Below, in pieces: positions 53,091-61,285 of a stretch of DNA of 64,000 nt. The translations under genes and the position numbers were made by a program. A model generated the notes under the pieces. It did no database searches and was not told the origin of the DNA. It worked only from the letters and a program-made list of their open reading frames with translations. Every line of letters starts with the position of its first letter. Within the stretch, counting starts at the first letter, position 1. Origin of the DNA: Candidatus Nomurabacteria bacterium (GTDB taxonomy: Bacteria; Patescibacteriota; Saccharimonadia; Saccharimonadales; HK-STAS-PATE-42); the NCBI GenBank assembly GCA_023898665.1, contig CP060233.1:146801-210800 (forward strand), in the 5' to 3' direction.

Positions 53091-55046
53091 ATGTCAGAGA
53101 AAAAATCTACTAAAAAGAAAACTAATGTTGTTTCTGCTGCATTTAAAAAAACAGTAAGTTTCTTTAAAAAGAAACCACTTCTATTTTTAGCACTTTTAGC
53201 AATTGCTGGTAGCTCTGTAACCTTAATTGGTGCCAGTGCAGCTAGTGGTGATTGTTCGGACAACTCAATTGTTAAGTGTGGCGGATTTAGCAATGGCTCT
53301 GGTCCCTCTCAGGCAAACTTTAATAGAAATGTAGCGACTTATCATAACGCTGGCAATGTAGATAAGATTTTTGATCACTATGGAATCGATGACACTAGAC
53401 TAGGATCTTTACCACTAGGTACTGTTAATAGTGACGGCAAAGTTTATCTTAACGGTAAGGTGGTGGCCACCGGTGCTCGATCTACAGGTAGACAGTGGGT
53501 CTCTGGATCTACTGCTATAAAGATCCCTGGTTATGCGGATATATACGAAAGAGATGTCAGTAGGATCTTTAGGCAGGGATCAATTCAAGCCTGGATTAAG
53601 TTAGACGCCAATGGAAGGTTTATGTATGCCGTGTTAACAGTGTGTGGCAACCCTGTTGTTGGTACTCCGGTTGAGCCTCCAAGACCAAGACCAACTGGTA
53701 CTGCTCTTTGTACCGCTCTAAGAGTTGATAAGCTTGATAGAACTCGATTTAAGTTTGGTGTTAGTGCTAGTGTAACTGGGTCTGCTAGACAGTATGGTTA
53801 TATAATTAGTTACGGTGATGGAAATAACGGAAGCGTTGTTAACTCTGCAAATAAGGTTACATTTAGCCATAGTTATGCTCAACCAGGAACTTATAAGATT
53901 CAGGCAGCTTCGGTAGCAATGCTTGATGGTAAAAAGATTTATGGTGCTGGTCCAACTTGTGCAGCTACTGTTACTGTCGAAAAACCACCAGAGGAGCCAA
54001 AGACTCCTGACTTTAAGATTATTAAGTATGTTGATGGTAAGGATGCTAATGATAATGCTTCTGCGGTATCTGTAAAAGCTAACCAAGAATTTGAATACAA
54101 AGTAGTTGTTACTAACACTGGTGAGACTAAACTTACAAATGTTAAAGTATGGGACGTTCTACCAACTGGTGTAACTTATGTAGACAATACTCTTAAACAA
54201 GATGGAACATTGGTAACTAATGATTCTGACTTCTTTAATGCATCAAAAGGTGTGATTATTAAGTCAATTGATCTTGGTAAGTCTGTTACATTTACTATGA
54301 AGGCTGTTGTTAAAGCTAACGAGAGTGAAGTAGAGAAAAAGTGTGCTAAAGAAGGAACATACTACAATAATGTTGCTAAAGCAGATCCAGAAGGAACTCT
54401 TCCTGAGAAGACTGACCCTGCAGTAGTTAAGTGTAAAGAAATTCCAAAGGTTAATAAGCCTGGTGTTGACATCGAAAAAGATGTGAGTAAATCAGAAGTA
54501 CAAGTTGGTGAAGAATTTACATGGTTCTTGGCTGTGACTAACACTGGTAACGTTGATCTAAAGAATGTTAAAGTAACTGACCCAGCTCCTGCAAATATCG
54601 ACTTTATTAGTGCTCCTGCGGTTACTGGAACTAAGATTACAGTTGGTGCTAGAAACTTTGAAGCAGTAATTGAAAACTTAAAAGTTGGTCAAGTTGTTAA
54701 CTTTGAGATCAAAGCTAAGGTCACTGCTCAAGTAACTGGTCAGATCGTAAACACTGCTTGTGTTGATGCTCCAGATGTTAAAGATCAAGGCGATAACCCA
54801 GAGGTTGATGACTGTGACGATGCAGAAGTGAAAGTTCCACCAGTACCTGAGAAGTGTCCGATTCCTGGATTTGAGGATCTAGATAAAGATAGTGATCTAT
54901 GTAAGGTTGTCCCACCTGTTACTCCGGAGACTCCAAAAGGAATCCCAAGTACTGGAGGTGGTGAGTTAATCTTAATGTCAGTTGTGGCTCTAGCGATTGG
55001 TTCTGGTGTATACGCTTATATCTTAAGAGGAACTAAACGAGCTTAA
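53091..55046 (+). CDS. cell-surface protein: signal peptide, PKD-like domain, DUF11-type repeats, sortase-type sorting signal (IPSTG + TM + basic tail)
   Basis: YGDGNNGS...HSYAQPGTYKI is PKD-like. Three VTNTGxxxLxNVKV repeats are present. The C-terminus is IPSTGGGELILMSVVALAIGSGVYAYILRGTKRA. Confidence 0.7.
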   Translation: MSEKKSTKKKTNVVSAAFKKTVSFFKKKPLLFLALLAIAGSSVTLIGASAASGDCSDNSIVKCGGFSNGSGPSQANFNRNVATYHNAGNVDKIFDHYGIDDTRLGSLPLGTVNSDGKVYLNGKVVATGARSTGRQWVSGSTAIKIPGYADIYERDVSRIFRQGSIQAWIKLDANGRFMYAVLTVCGNPVVGTPVEPPRPRPTGTALCTALRVDKLDRTRFKFGVSASVTGSARQYGYIISYGDGNNGSVVNSANKVTFSHSYAQPGTYKIQAASVAMLDGKKIYGAGPTCAATVTVEKPPEEPKTPDFKIIKYVDGKDANDNASAVSVKANQEFEYKVVVTNTGETKLTNVKVWDVLPTGVTYVDNTLKQDGTLVTNDSDFFNASKGVIIKSIDLGKSVTFTMKAVVKANESEVEKKCAKEGTYYNNVAKADPEGTLPEKTDPAVVKCKEIPKVNKPGVDIEKDVSKSEVQVGEEFTWFLAVTNTGNVDLKNVKVTDPAPANIDFISAPAVTGTKITVGARNFEAVIENLKVGQVVNFEIKAKVTAQVTGQIVNTACVDAPDVKDQGDNPEVDDCDDAEVKVPPVPEKCPIPGFEDLDKDSDLCKVVPPVTPETPKGIPSTGGGELILMSVVALAIGSGVYAYILRGTKRA

Positions 55047-55405
55047 TACTCCACTATACTTTCAACAAAATTAGTAATATCGAACTGGCTTCCGGCCAGT
55101 TCGATTGCTGATAGGGTTCTTTGAAAGTGAGAGTATTCTGGATTAAACTTAAGCCATTCGTATGAGGCTCGTCTCATTTGGGTTAACTTCTTTTTGTTAA
55201 TAGCCTCAAGACCAGTTCCAGAATCTGAATGGTGCCTGTATTTTACCTCTATAAAATAGACTGTTTGATTTTTATACATAACTAAGTCGATCTCACAGGT
55301 TCTGGTGCGCCAGTTTTGTGCAAGTAATTTATACTCAAATGTATTTATTAAATAAGTTGCGGCATGCTGTTCTGCGAGCCGGCCAATAGAGGTAGTGTTG
55401 GGCAT
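55043..55405 (-). CDS. yraN: YraN-family (UPF0102) endonuclease-like protein
   Basis: GRLAEQHAATYL...CEIDLVMYKNQTVYFIEVKYR motif. Confidence 0.8.
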   Translation of the reverse strand: MPNTTSIGRLAEQHAATYLINTFEYKLLAQNWRTRTCEIDLVMYKNQTVYFIEVKYRHHSDSGTGLEAINKKKLTQMRRASYEWLKFNPEYSHFQRTLSAIELAGSQFDITNFVESIVEY

Positions 55406-55520
55406 TAATTTTTATATTATCATTCTTTTTCTCTTTGGATAGAAAAAGAGACAAAAAGATCATTTTAATTTTGGTAGGCCTAAAATCAAAATTATTCGGG
55501 GGTGGTATAATATATGACGT

Positions 55521-56543
55521 ATGAATAGTTTTAAAAGTTATATTGAAGGGTCTGAGCACATTTTAGTGATCCAGGCAGAGAATCCGGATGGTGACTCTGT
55601 GGCTTCCTCTTTAGCTTTAGAAAGTTTAATCTTAGATAATTATCCTAATAAAAAGGTGACAATGTTCTGTAATATGACAGTTCCGGCGCACCTGAGATAT
55701 CTAAAAGGTTATGATAGAGTATCGCAAGACTTCCCAAGAGATTTTGACCTAGCAATTGTCGTTGATTGTGCCGAAGAAGTTTTACTTTCAAAAACTTTGC
55801 AACAGCCAGAATCAGGAAAGCTTAAGAAGTTACCTGTTTTAATCCTCGATCATCATAACGATGTAATTAATCTACCTTTTGAAACAGTTAATTTTATTGA
55901 TGAAACTGCAGTATCTACCGGGTCTGTTGTGTTTAATTTGGCTAAAGAAAATAAATTAGAAGTTAGTGAAGATACGGCAACTTTTATTACGGCTAGTATT
56001 TTAAGTGATACGATGGGCCTAACTTTGGATTTTGTAAAGGCGGATGATTTTAGGGTAATTGCTGAGCTAATTGATTTAGGCGCGAACGTATCTAAAATTG
56101 ATCAGGCTAGAAGAGAGTTAAATAAGCGTCCTCAGTTCATTACTCAATATAAAGGTGAACTGTTGCAAAGAGTGGAGTATTTACTAGATGGGAGACTAGC
56201 GTATGTGCATATCCCATGGGAGGAGATTGAGAAATACTCTGGCATTTATAATCCGCCAATTTTAGTATTTGAAGATATGAGGTTAACTGAGGGTGTACAA
56301 GTAGTGATGGCGGTTAAAACTTATAAAAATGGTAAGATGACGGCTAAGATTAGGACTAATCCTGGGTATGAGGTTGCAGGAGCGGTTGCTGAGAAATTTA
56401 ACTGTGGTGGGCATCCAGGCTCTGCTGGCTGTAAAGTTGAGCCAGGGATGTATACTTATGATGAATTTAAGGCTGAACTTATTAAGTATACGAGGGAAGA
56501 GCTGGATAAGCTTAATGAAAGTGATAATTTGAACAAAAGCTGA
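55521..56543 (+). CDS. nrnA: DHH/DHHA1 phosphoesterase (NrnA-like nanoRNase/pAp phosphatase), motifs intact
   Basis: NPDGDSVASSLAL, VVDC, LDHHN, ILSDTMGL and GGHPGSAG. TGGTATAAT lies 9 nt upstream of the ATG. Confidence 0.8.
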   Translation: MNSFKSYIEGSEHILVIQAENPDGDSVASSLALESLILDNYPNKKVTMFCNMTVPAHLRYLKGYDRVSQDFPRDFDLAIVVDCAEEVLLSKTLQQPESGKLKKLPVLILDHHNDVINLPFETVNFIDETAVSTGSVVFNLAKENKLEVSEDTATFITASILSDTMGLTLDFVKADDFRVIAELIDLGANVSKIDQARRELNKRPQFITQYKGELLQRVEYLLDGRLAYVHIPWEEIEKYSGIYNPPILVFEDMRLTEGVQVVMAVKTYKNGKMTAKIRTNPGYEVAGAVAEKFNCGGHPGSAGCKVEPGMYTYDEFKAELIKYTREELDKLNESDNLNKS

Positions 56544-56571
56544 ATAAATAAGATAAATTTTGAACAAGAAT

Positions 56572-58017
56572 ATGAACAAAATTAATAAAGTTGAACCAAA
56601 GATAGTGCTCTACAATACTCTTACCAGAAAGAAGGAGGAGCTCAAGACTTTGGAGCCCGGAAAAGTGAAGATGTTTGTCTGTGGACCTACTGTTTACGAC
56701 TATTCACATATTGGTCACGCAAAAACTTATATTCAGATGGATGTTCTGGCTAGAATGCTGAGAGCTTCTGGTTTAGAGGTATTTTACCTTCAGAACATTA
56801 CAAATATTGATGACAAGATTATTGTCCGTGCAAATGAGGCCGGCAGAGACTGGAAGGATCTTGCGGATGAGTTCTTGAAGTGTAATTTAGAGGATATGAA
56901 GACTCTTGGGGTTGATTCTGTCGATAAATATGCTGAGGCAACTGACTATATTGATGCGATAATTAAACAGGTCGAGACTCTAATAAGAAAAGACTTTGCT
57001 TACGTAATTGAAGGTGATGGAATTTATTTTGAGATTGCTAAATTTAAAGATTACGGTAAGCTTTCTGGTAGAAAAGAAATAAAAGAAAATGATGCACAAA
57101 CGAGAATAGATAGTAGTGAAAATAAGCGTGGTTGGAATGATTTTTGTTTATGGAAGTTTTCAAAGCCTGGTGAACCCGTTTGGGAGGCTCCATTTGGAAA
57201 GGGTAGGCCAGGCTGGCACATTGAGGATACTGCAATTACAGAAACTGAGTTTGGCCCACAGTATGATATTCATGGTGGTGCGCTAGACTTAATTTTTCCT
57301 CACCACGAGGCAGAAATTACTCAGATGGAGGCGGCCTCTGGAAAAGTTCCTTTTGTGGGCACCTGGGTTCATACTGGTTTTTTGAATGCTGAAGGGGCGA
57401 AGATGTCTAAGAGCCTGGGAAACTTTTATACAATCCGAGATGTTTTAGCTCGTGGTTACGATCCAAATGTAATTCGGTTATTCATGCTTCAATCTCACTA
57501 TCGGTCTCCAATAAATTTTAGCTGGGAGAATTTAGACGCGGCTAAGAATAGGTTGAGGAACTGGCAATCAATCGTAGATGAAATACTTCTACAAGAGTAT
57601 TCAAGAGGTAGTCACGATCTACCGAAGCATATTGATTCAAGTCTGGCTAATAGCAAAGATATTCTCCTAAGTTATATGAGCGATGATCTTGATACGCCCA
57701 TGGCACTATCAGCTATAGACGGAGACGAAATTGAAGATGAAGATAATTTCGGCACTTTAAGTCTATTTAAAAAATATGCTTATTCTGAGGAACTAAAAAG
57801 CTACATGAAGGATCTTGTCAATAACATAAAGGATATCTTAGGCATAGATCTTTTAAAGCCGGATATTTCTGAAGAGCAGAAGGAGCTGCTAAACTTAAGG
57901 CAGAAAGCTCGGGATGAGAGGGATTTTGAAGAGAGTGATAGACTACGAGAACAACTTAAGCTTAGTGGTCTAGATGTTCGGGATACTGAAAATGGGCAGA
58001 TTTGGAGTAGAGTGTAG
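56572..58017 (+). CDS. cysS: cysteinyl-tRNA synthetase
   Basis: CGPTVYDYSHIGHA and KMSKSLGN. The ORF track starts at a TTG at 56560; the ATG at 56572 is more likely. Confidence 0.93.
   Translation: MNKINKVEPKIVLYNTLTRKKEELKTLEPGKVKMFVCGPTVYDYSHIGHAKTYIQMDVLARMLRASGLEVFYLQNITNIDDKIIVRANEAGRDWKDLADEFLKCNLEDMKTLGVDSVDKYAEATDYIDAIIKQVETLIRKDFAYVIEGDGIYFEIAKFKDYGKLSGRKEIKENDAQTRIDSSENKRGWNDFCLWKFSKPGEPVWEAPFGKGRPGWHIEDTAITETEFGPQYDIHGGALDLIFPHHEAEITQMEAASGKVPFVGTWVHTGFLNAEGAKMSKSLGNFYTIRDVLARGYDPNVIRLFMLQSHYRSPINFSWENLDAAKNRLRNWQSIVDEILLQEYSRGSHDLPKHIDSSLANSKDILLSYMSDDLDTPMALSAIDGDEIEDEDNFGTLSLFKKYAYSEELKSYMKDLVNNIKDILGIDLLKPDISEEQKELLNLRQKARDERDFEESDRLREQLKLSGLDVRDTENGQIWSRV
57991..58017 (+). 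repeat. 27-bp direct repeat, copy 1 (last 8 codons plus stop of cysS)
   Basis: AATGGGCAGATTTGGAGTAGAGTGTAG, identical to 58478-58504. Confidence 0.95.
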
Positions 58018-58062
58018 TGCTTGTGCTTGCTGGCATTTCTAAGAGAGAGTATCATCAAATGT

Positions 58063-58473
58063 ATGAGTAAGTACAAGGGTTCTGATAGGATTGGTGGTTT
58101 ATTTTTAATGTGCGGTCGAGATCAAGGAAGGATATCACACGATTCTTTAATTGAAACTGGTGAAATTACCCTTCCATCTGGGGTTATTATACGTGGGGTT
58201 GAAGCAGAATTAGTCAGGGACTATGTTGGCCCGGGCAGTCTTGTTGTTGCACTGGATCAGCTGGAAGATTATTGGTATGACTATGTTCCTGTCTCATATA
58301 AAACCTTATCATTCGTTACACCCATATTAGAACCTTGTGTGCAGATGCGGTTCCAAGCAGAAACAATTGGCCATAGGGTGCTAGATTTATCTGCTCCCCA
58401 GCTGGAATTACTAAGAGACGGGTGTACCATTGAACTAGATGCCGAGGAACTAAGGGTCGATTTGCGTGCTTGA
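58063..58473 (+). CDS. hypothetical protein carried by the insertion at the cysS 3' end
   Basis: 136 aa from the ATG at 58063, with TATCAT 7 nt upstream. The ORF-track start at 58021 would begin inside the junction. No motif recognised. Confidence 0.5.
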   Translation: MSKYKGSDRIGGLFLMCGRDQGRISHDSLIETGEITLPSGVIIRGVEAELVRDYVGPGSLVVALDQLEDYWYDYVPVSYKTLSFVTPILEPCVQMRFQAETIGHRVLDLSAPQLELLRDGCTIELDAEELRVDLRA

Positions 58474-58477
58474 TAAG

Positions 58478-58504
58478 AATGGGCAGATTTGGAGTAGAGT
58501 GTAG
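58478..58504 (+). repeat. 27-bp direct repeat, copy 2 (non-coding)
   Basis: Perfect copy of 57991-58017, 487 bp downstream. Confidence 0.95.
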
Positions 58505-58509
58505 GAAGT

Positions 58510-58833
58510 ATGGAAAGGGTTCACGAGGCCAGGACTTACTTTGAGAATGATATTAAAACTGTTGCTCAGGTAGAAATAAGAGGTGAGTCAGATAAGGTTC
58601 TTGATCTGGGCTGTAGCACTTTATATATGCTTATGGAGGGTAGTGGTAGCTATACTGTATTCAATGAGGACGGGAGTGTTAGGAAAACTGTTGAGTTAAA
58701 TAGGCCCGGTCAGACCTTTTTCGCGTTCAGAGGATTCCCATATATGTCAAAAGGATTTGGTGTAGCAGGTATGAAGGTGGTTGCTGTTTCTTATCCGCCA
58801 TTTGATCTAACAGAGGTGAGTGTGGTAGAATAA
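58510..58833 (+). CDS. hypothetical small protein
   Basis: 107-aa ORF that starts 5 nt after repeat copy 2. Without the insertion it would directly follow cysS. Confidence 0.5.
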   Translation: MERVHEARTYFENDIKTVAQVEIRGESDKVLDLGCSTLYMLMEGSGSYTVFNEDGSVRKTVELNRPGQTFFAFRGFPYMSKGFGVAGMKVVAVSYPPFDLTEVSVVE

Positions 58834-58919
58834 TAGTTACGTAAAGTTTATCTTGAGGAGTTGGTCTATTGAAACGGCTCTTCTACCATAAAATGAAAGG
58901 ATGGTAACCAAAGGATAAT

Positions 58920-59282
58920 ATGAGTAAATATGAGATGGTAGTCGTTCTTTCTACCGAAAAAAAAGAACTAAAAAAGAAAGTTGATGATTTAGTCACTGAG
59001 GCTGGATTTAAAATATCAGAGCAAGAAGAGCTTGGAGTAAAGACTCTTGCTTATAAAATTAACGGAGAAGAAGCTGGTGCTTATCACAAGTTAATCTTGG
59101 AGGGTGATGGATCTGGTGTTAAAAAACTAGAATTTGCACTAAACTTAGAAGAAGGTGTTCTTCGATACTTAACAATTGCGTTGACTCCAAAGCTTGAAAA
59201 AGTTAGAGCGCAAATGGCAGTTGTTAGAACTGAGATTCAGGCAAAGGCTAAAAAAGACCAGAAAGAAGAAGACGCCAAGTAA
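58920..59282 (+). CDS. rpsF: 30S ribosomal protein S6
   Basis: MSKYEMVVVL start, rpsF-ssb-rpsR synteny and an acidic/basic tail. Confidence 0.85.
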   Translation: MSKYEMVVVLSTEKKELKKKVDDLVTEAGFKISEQEELGVKTLAYKINGEEAGAYHKLILEGDGSGVKKLEFALNLEEGVLRYLTIALTPKLEKVRAQMAVVRTEIQAKAKKDQKEEDAK

Positions 59283-59306
59283 ATAAATTAATACGAGGAA
59301 GTTTAT

Positions 59307-59762
59307 ATGGCAAAAAGTTTAAACCAAGTAACACTTTTAGGTAGATTAACTAGAGATCCTGAGCTACGGCAGACTCCTAATGGGGCTAGTGTAGCAAGTT
59401 TCTCGATGGCACTAAATAGAAGTTATAAAGATTCTGCAGGTGAGTGGCAAGAGCAAACAGACTTTATTGACTGCGTCGCATGGGGCCCCTTGGCTGAAAG
59501 ACTAGAGAAGATGGTTAAGCGTGGTCAAAGACTACTAGTTAACGGTCGTTTAAGCCAGAGAAGCTGGGAGCAAGATGGTCAAAAGCGTAGCAAGGTGGAA
59601 GTTGTGATTAACGATATGACTTTAATTGAGCAAGCTGGCGATCAGGGAGACTCTAGCTTCGGTGGTGGATCTGATGAGGGAGTACAAACTTCTCCATCTA
59701 ATGACGTAGTAGTAGAAGATGTGAGTGATGAGGAGATTGATCTAGATTCAATCCCATTTTAA
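59307..59762 (+). CDS. ssb: single-stranded DNA-binding protein
   Basis: LNQVTLLGRLTRDPELRQTPNG OB-fold start and a C-terminal acidic tip DLDSIPF. Confidence 0.93.
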   Translation: MAKSLNQVTLLGRLTRDPELRQTPNGASVASFSMALNRSYKDSAGEWQEQTDFIDCVAWGPLAERLEKMVKRGQRLLVNGRLSQRSWEQDGQKRSKVEVVINDMTLIEQAGDQGDSSFGGGSDEGVQTSPSNDVVVEDVSDEEIDLDSIPF

Positions 59763-59788
59763 TAAGGTTAAGGAGAAAATAGACTATT

Positions 59789-60046
59789 ATGAGTGGAAAA
59801 AGACCAAGTGTAATCCCAGCATATTTTGATTATTTAGATGCTGATTTACTAAAAAGATATTTAAATTACTTTGGTAAGATCAAACCAAGAAGTAGAACTG
59901 GCTTAAGCCAAAAGCAGCAAGCGGCTTTATCAAAGGCTATTAAGCGTGCTCGGCATTTAGCATTAATCCCGTATGTTACTGAGTATGTTGATTCTGGGCG
60001 CCCACAAAAGCCTCGCGGTGAATATCGTGAAAGAAGAGATGCTTAA
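59789..60046 (+). CDS. rpsR: 30S ribosomal protein S18
   Basis: LLKRYLNYFGKIKPRSRTGLSQKQQAALSKAIKRARHLALIPY. Confidence 0.92.
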   Translation: MSGKRPSVIPAYFDYLDADLLKRYLNYFGKIKPRSRTGLSQKQQAALSKAIKRARHLALIPYVTEYVDSGRPQKPRGEYRERRDA

Positions 60047-60065
60047 GATGGGTAGGTAAATACTG

Positions 60066-60626
60066 ATGTTTGGAGTTACAGATTTAAAAAAAGGAACTCT
60101 TATTAAGCTAGACGGTCAGCCTTGGAAGGTTATTGAATATAACCAAAAACAGATGGGCCGGGGTGGGAGTATCGTGAACACCAAGCTTAAGAATATGCTT
60201 GATGGCAAGGTCATCCCTAAGACTTTTAAGGGGGCTGATAAGATCGAGGCAGCAGATATTGAAAATAAAACTGTTCAGTATCTGTACAACGACGGAATCA
60301 ACGCCTTCCTAATGGATAACACTACTTTTGAACAGTTTGAGCTCCCAGTTGAAGATCTAACCCACGAACTTCAGTTCTTGCTCGAGGGAGTGGAGGTGAG
60401 CCTCCAATTGTTTGACGGTAAGCCAGTTAACTTAGAGCTTCCTAAAAATCTTTTCTTAAAAGTTATTGAGGCTCCGGAAGTTGTAAAAGGTGATACATCA
60501 GGAGCTTTACTTAAAGATATTGTTCTTGAGACTGGTCTTAAGCTAAAGGCTCCGGCGTTTATTAAGCCAGGCGATGAGGTTAGTGTTGATACAACTACTG
60601 GTGAGTATAGGGAGAGAAAGAAGTAA
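60066..60626 (+). CDS. efp: elongation factor P
   Basis: DLKKGTLIKLDGQPWKVIEYNQKQMGRGGSIVNTKLKN. Length 186 aa. Confidence 0.93.
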   Translation: MFGVTDLKKGTLIKLDGQPWKVIEYNQKQMGRGGSIVNTKLKNMLDGKVIPKTFKGADKIEAADIENKTVQYLYNDGINAFLMDNTTFEQFELPVEDLTHELQFLLEGVEVSLQLFDGKPVNLELPKNLFLKVIEAPEVVKGDTSGALLKDIVLETGLKLKAPAFIKPGDEVSVDTTTGEYRERKK

Positions 60627-60637
60627 GGTATTTTAGT

Positions 60638-61285
60638 ATGCCAAGCTCTAGACCTGGATCCTTCGACTACGCTCAGGATGACAATGGAGGTGATTTTTCA
60701 AGGGCGTATACAAAAATACGCCTTTTTGATCAGCAAGTTAAGTTAGGCGCTATTTTGAATGGTAGAGTTGTTTTGGATATTGGGAGTAGTACGGGTGGTT
60801 TTACTCAGTTTGCTTTAGAAAAGGGTGCTAAAAAAGTTATCGCTGTAGAGATTGGGAGCAGGCAGATGGTTCCTGAACTCGCTTTAGACCAACGAGTAAA
60901 ACTATATGAAAAAACTGATATTTTAAACGTAGTTTCTGAAAATGCTGATGAGAAGTTAAGGTCGAATAAAAAAGTTATTCAGACTCCTGACTGTGCTGTT
61001 ATGGATGCTTCTTTTACTGGATCTCAAGATATTTTGTTACATTTACGAACAAGTATCTTAAGACGTTCATCAGAGGTAGTTTTGTTGTTCAAGCCTCAAT
61101 TTGAAGCTTATGACCATGAGTTGAACAACGGAGTTATTAAAAATAGTAAAGCTAGGCGCTTGATTATTAAAGAATTTGAACAATGGTTAATCAAGAATGG
61201 TTTTAAGATTGAAGCTAAGCAAGATTCTGGGCTCGCTGGCTCAAAAGGTAATGTAGAAAGGTTTTATTTATTAAGGGTTATTTAA
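60638..61285 (+). CDS. tlyA: TlyA-family rRNA 2'-O-methyltransferase-like protein lacking the S4 domain; atypical N-terminus
   Basis: VVLDIGSSTGGFTQFALEKGAKKVIAVEIG (SAM-binding motif), DASFTG and LFKPQFEA. The first ~20 codons look repeat-derived (see finding). Confidence 0.65.
   Translation: MPSSRPGSFDYAQDDNGGDFSRAYTKIRLFDQQVKLGAILNGRVVLDIGSSTGGFTQFALEKGAKKVIAVEIGSRQMVPELALDQRVKLYEKTDILNVVSENADEKLRSNKKVIQTPDCAVMDASFTGSQDILLHLRTSILRRSSEVVLLFKPQFEAYDHELNNGVIKNSKARRLIIKEFEQWLIKNGFKIEAKQDSGLAGSKGNVERFYLLRVI

Larger units (their letters stand above)
58018..58504 (+). mobile_element. putative 487-bp single-gene insertion cassette with duplication of the target cysS terminus
   Basis: Bounded by the perfect 27-bp direct repeat. 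It contains its own -10 box and one ORF. No recombinase is present. Confidence 0.45.
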
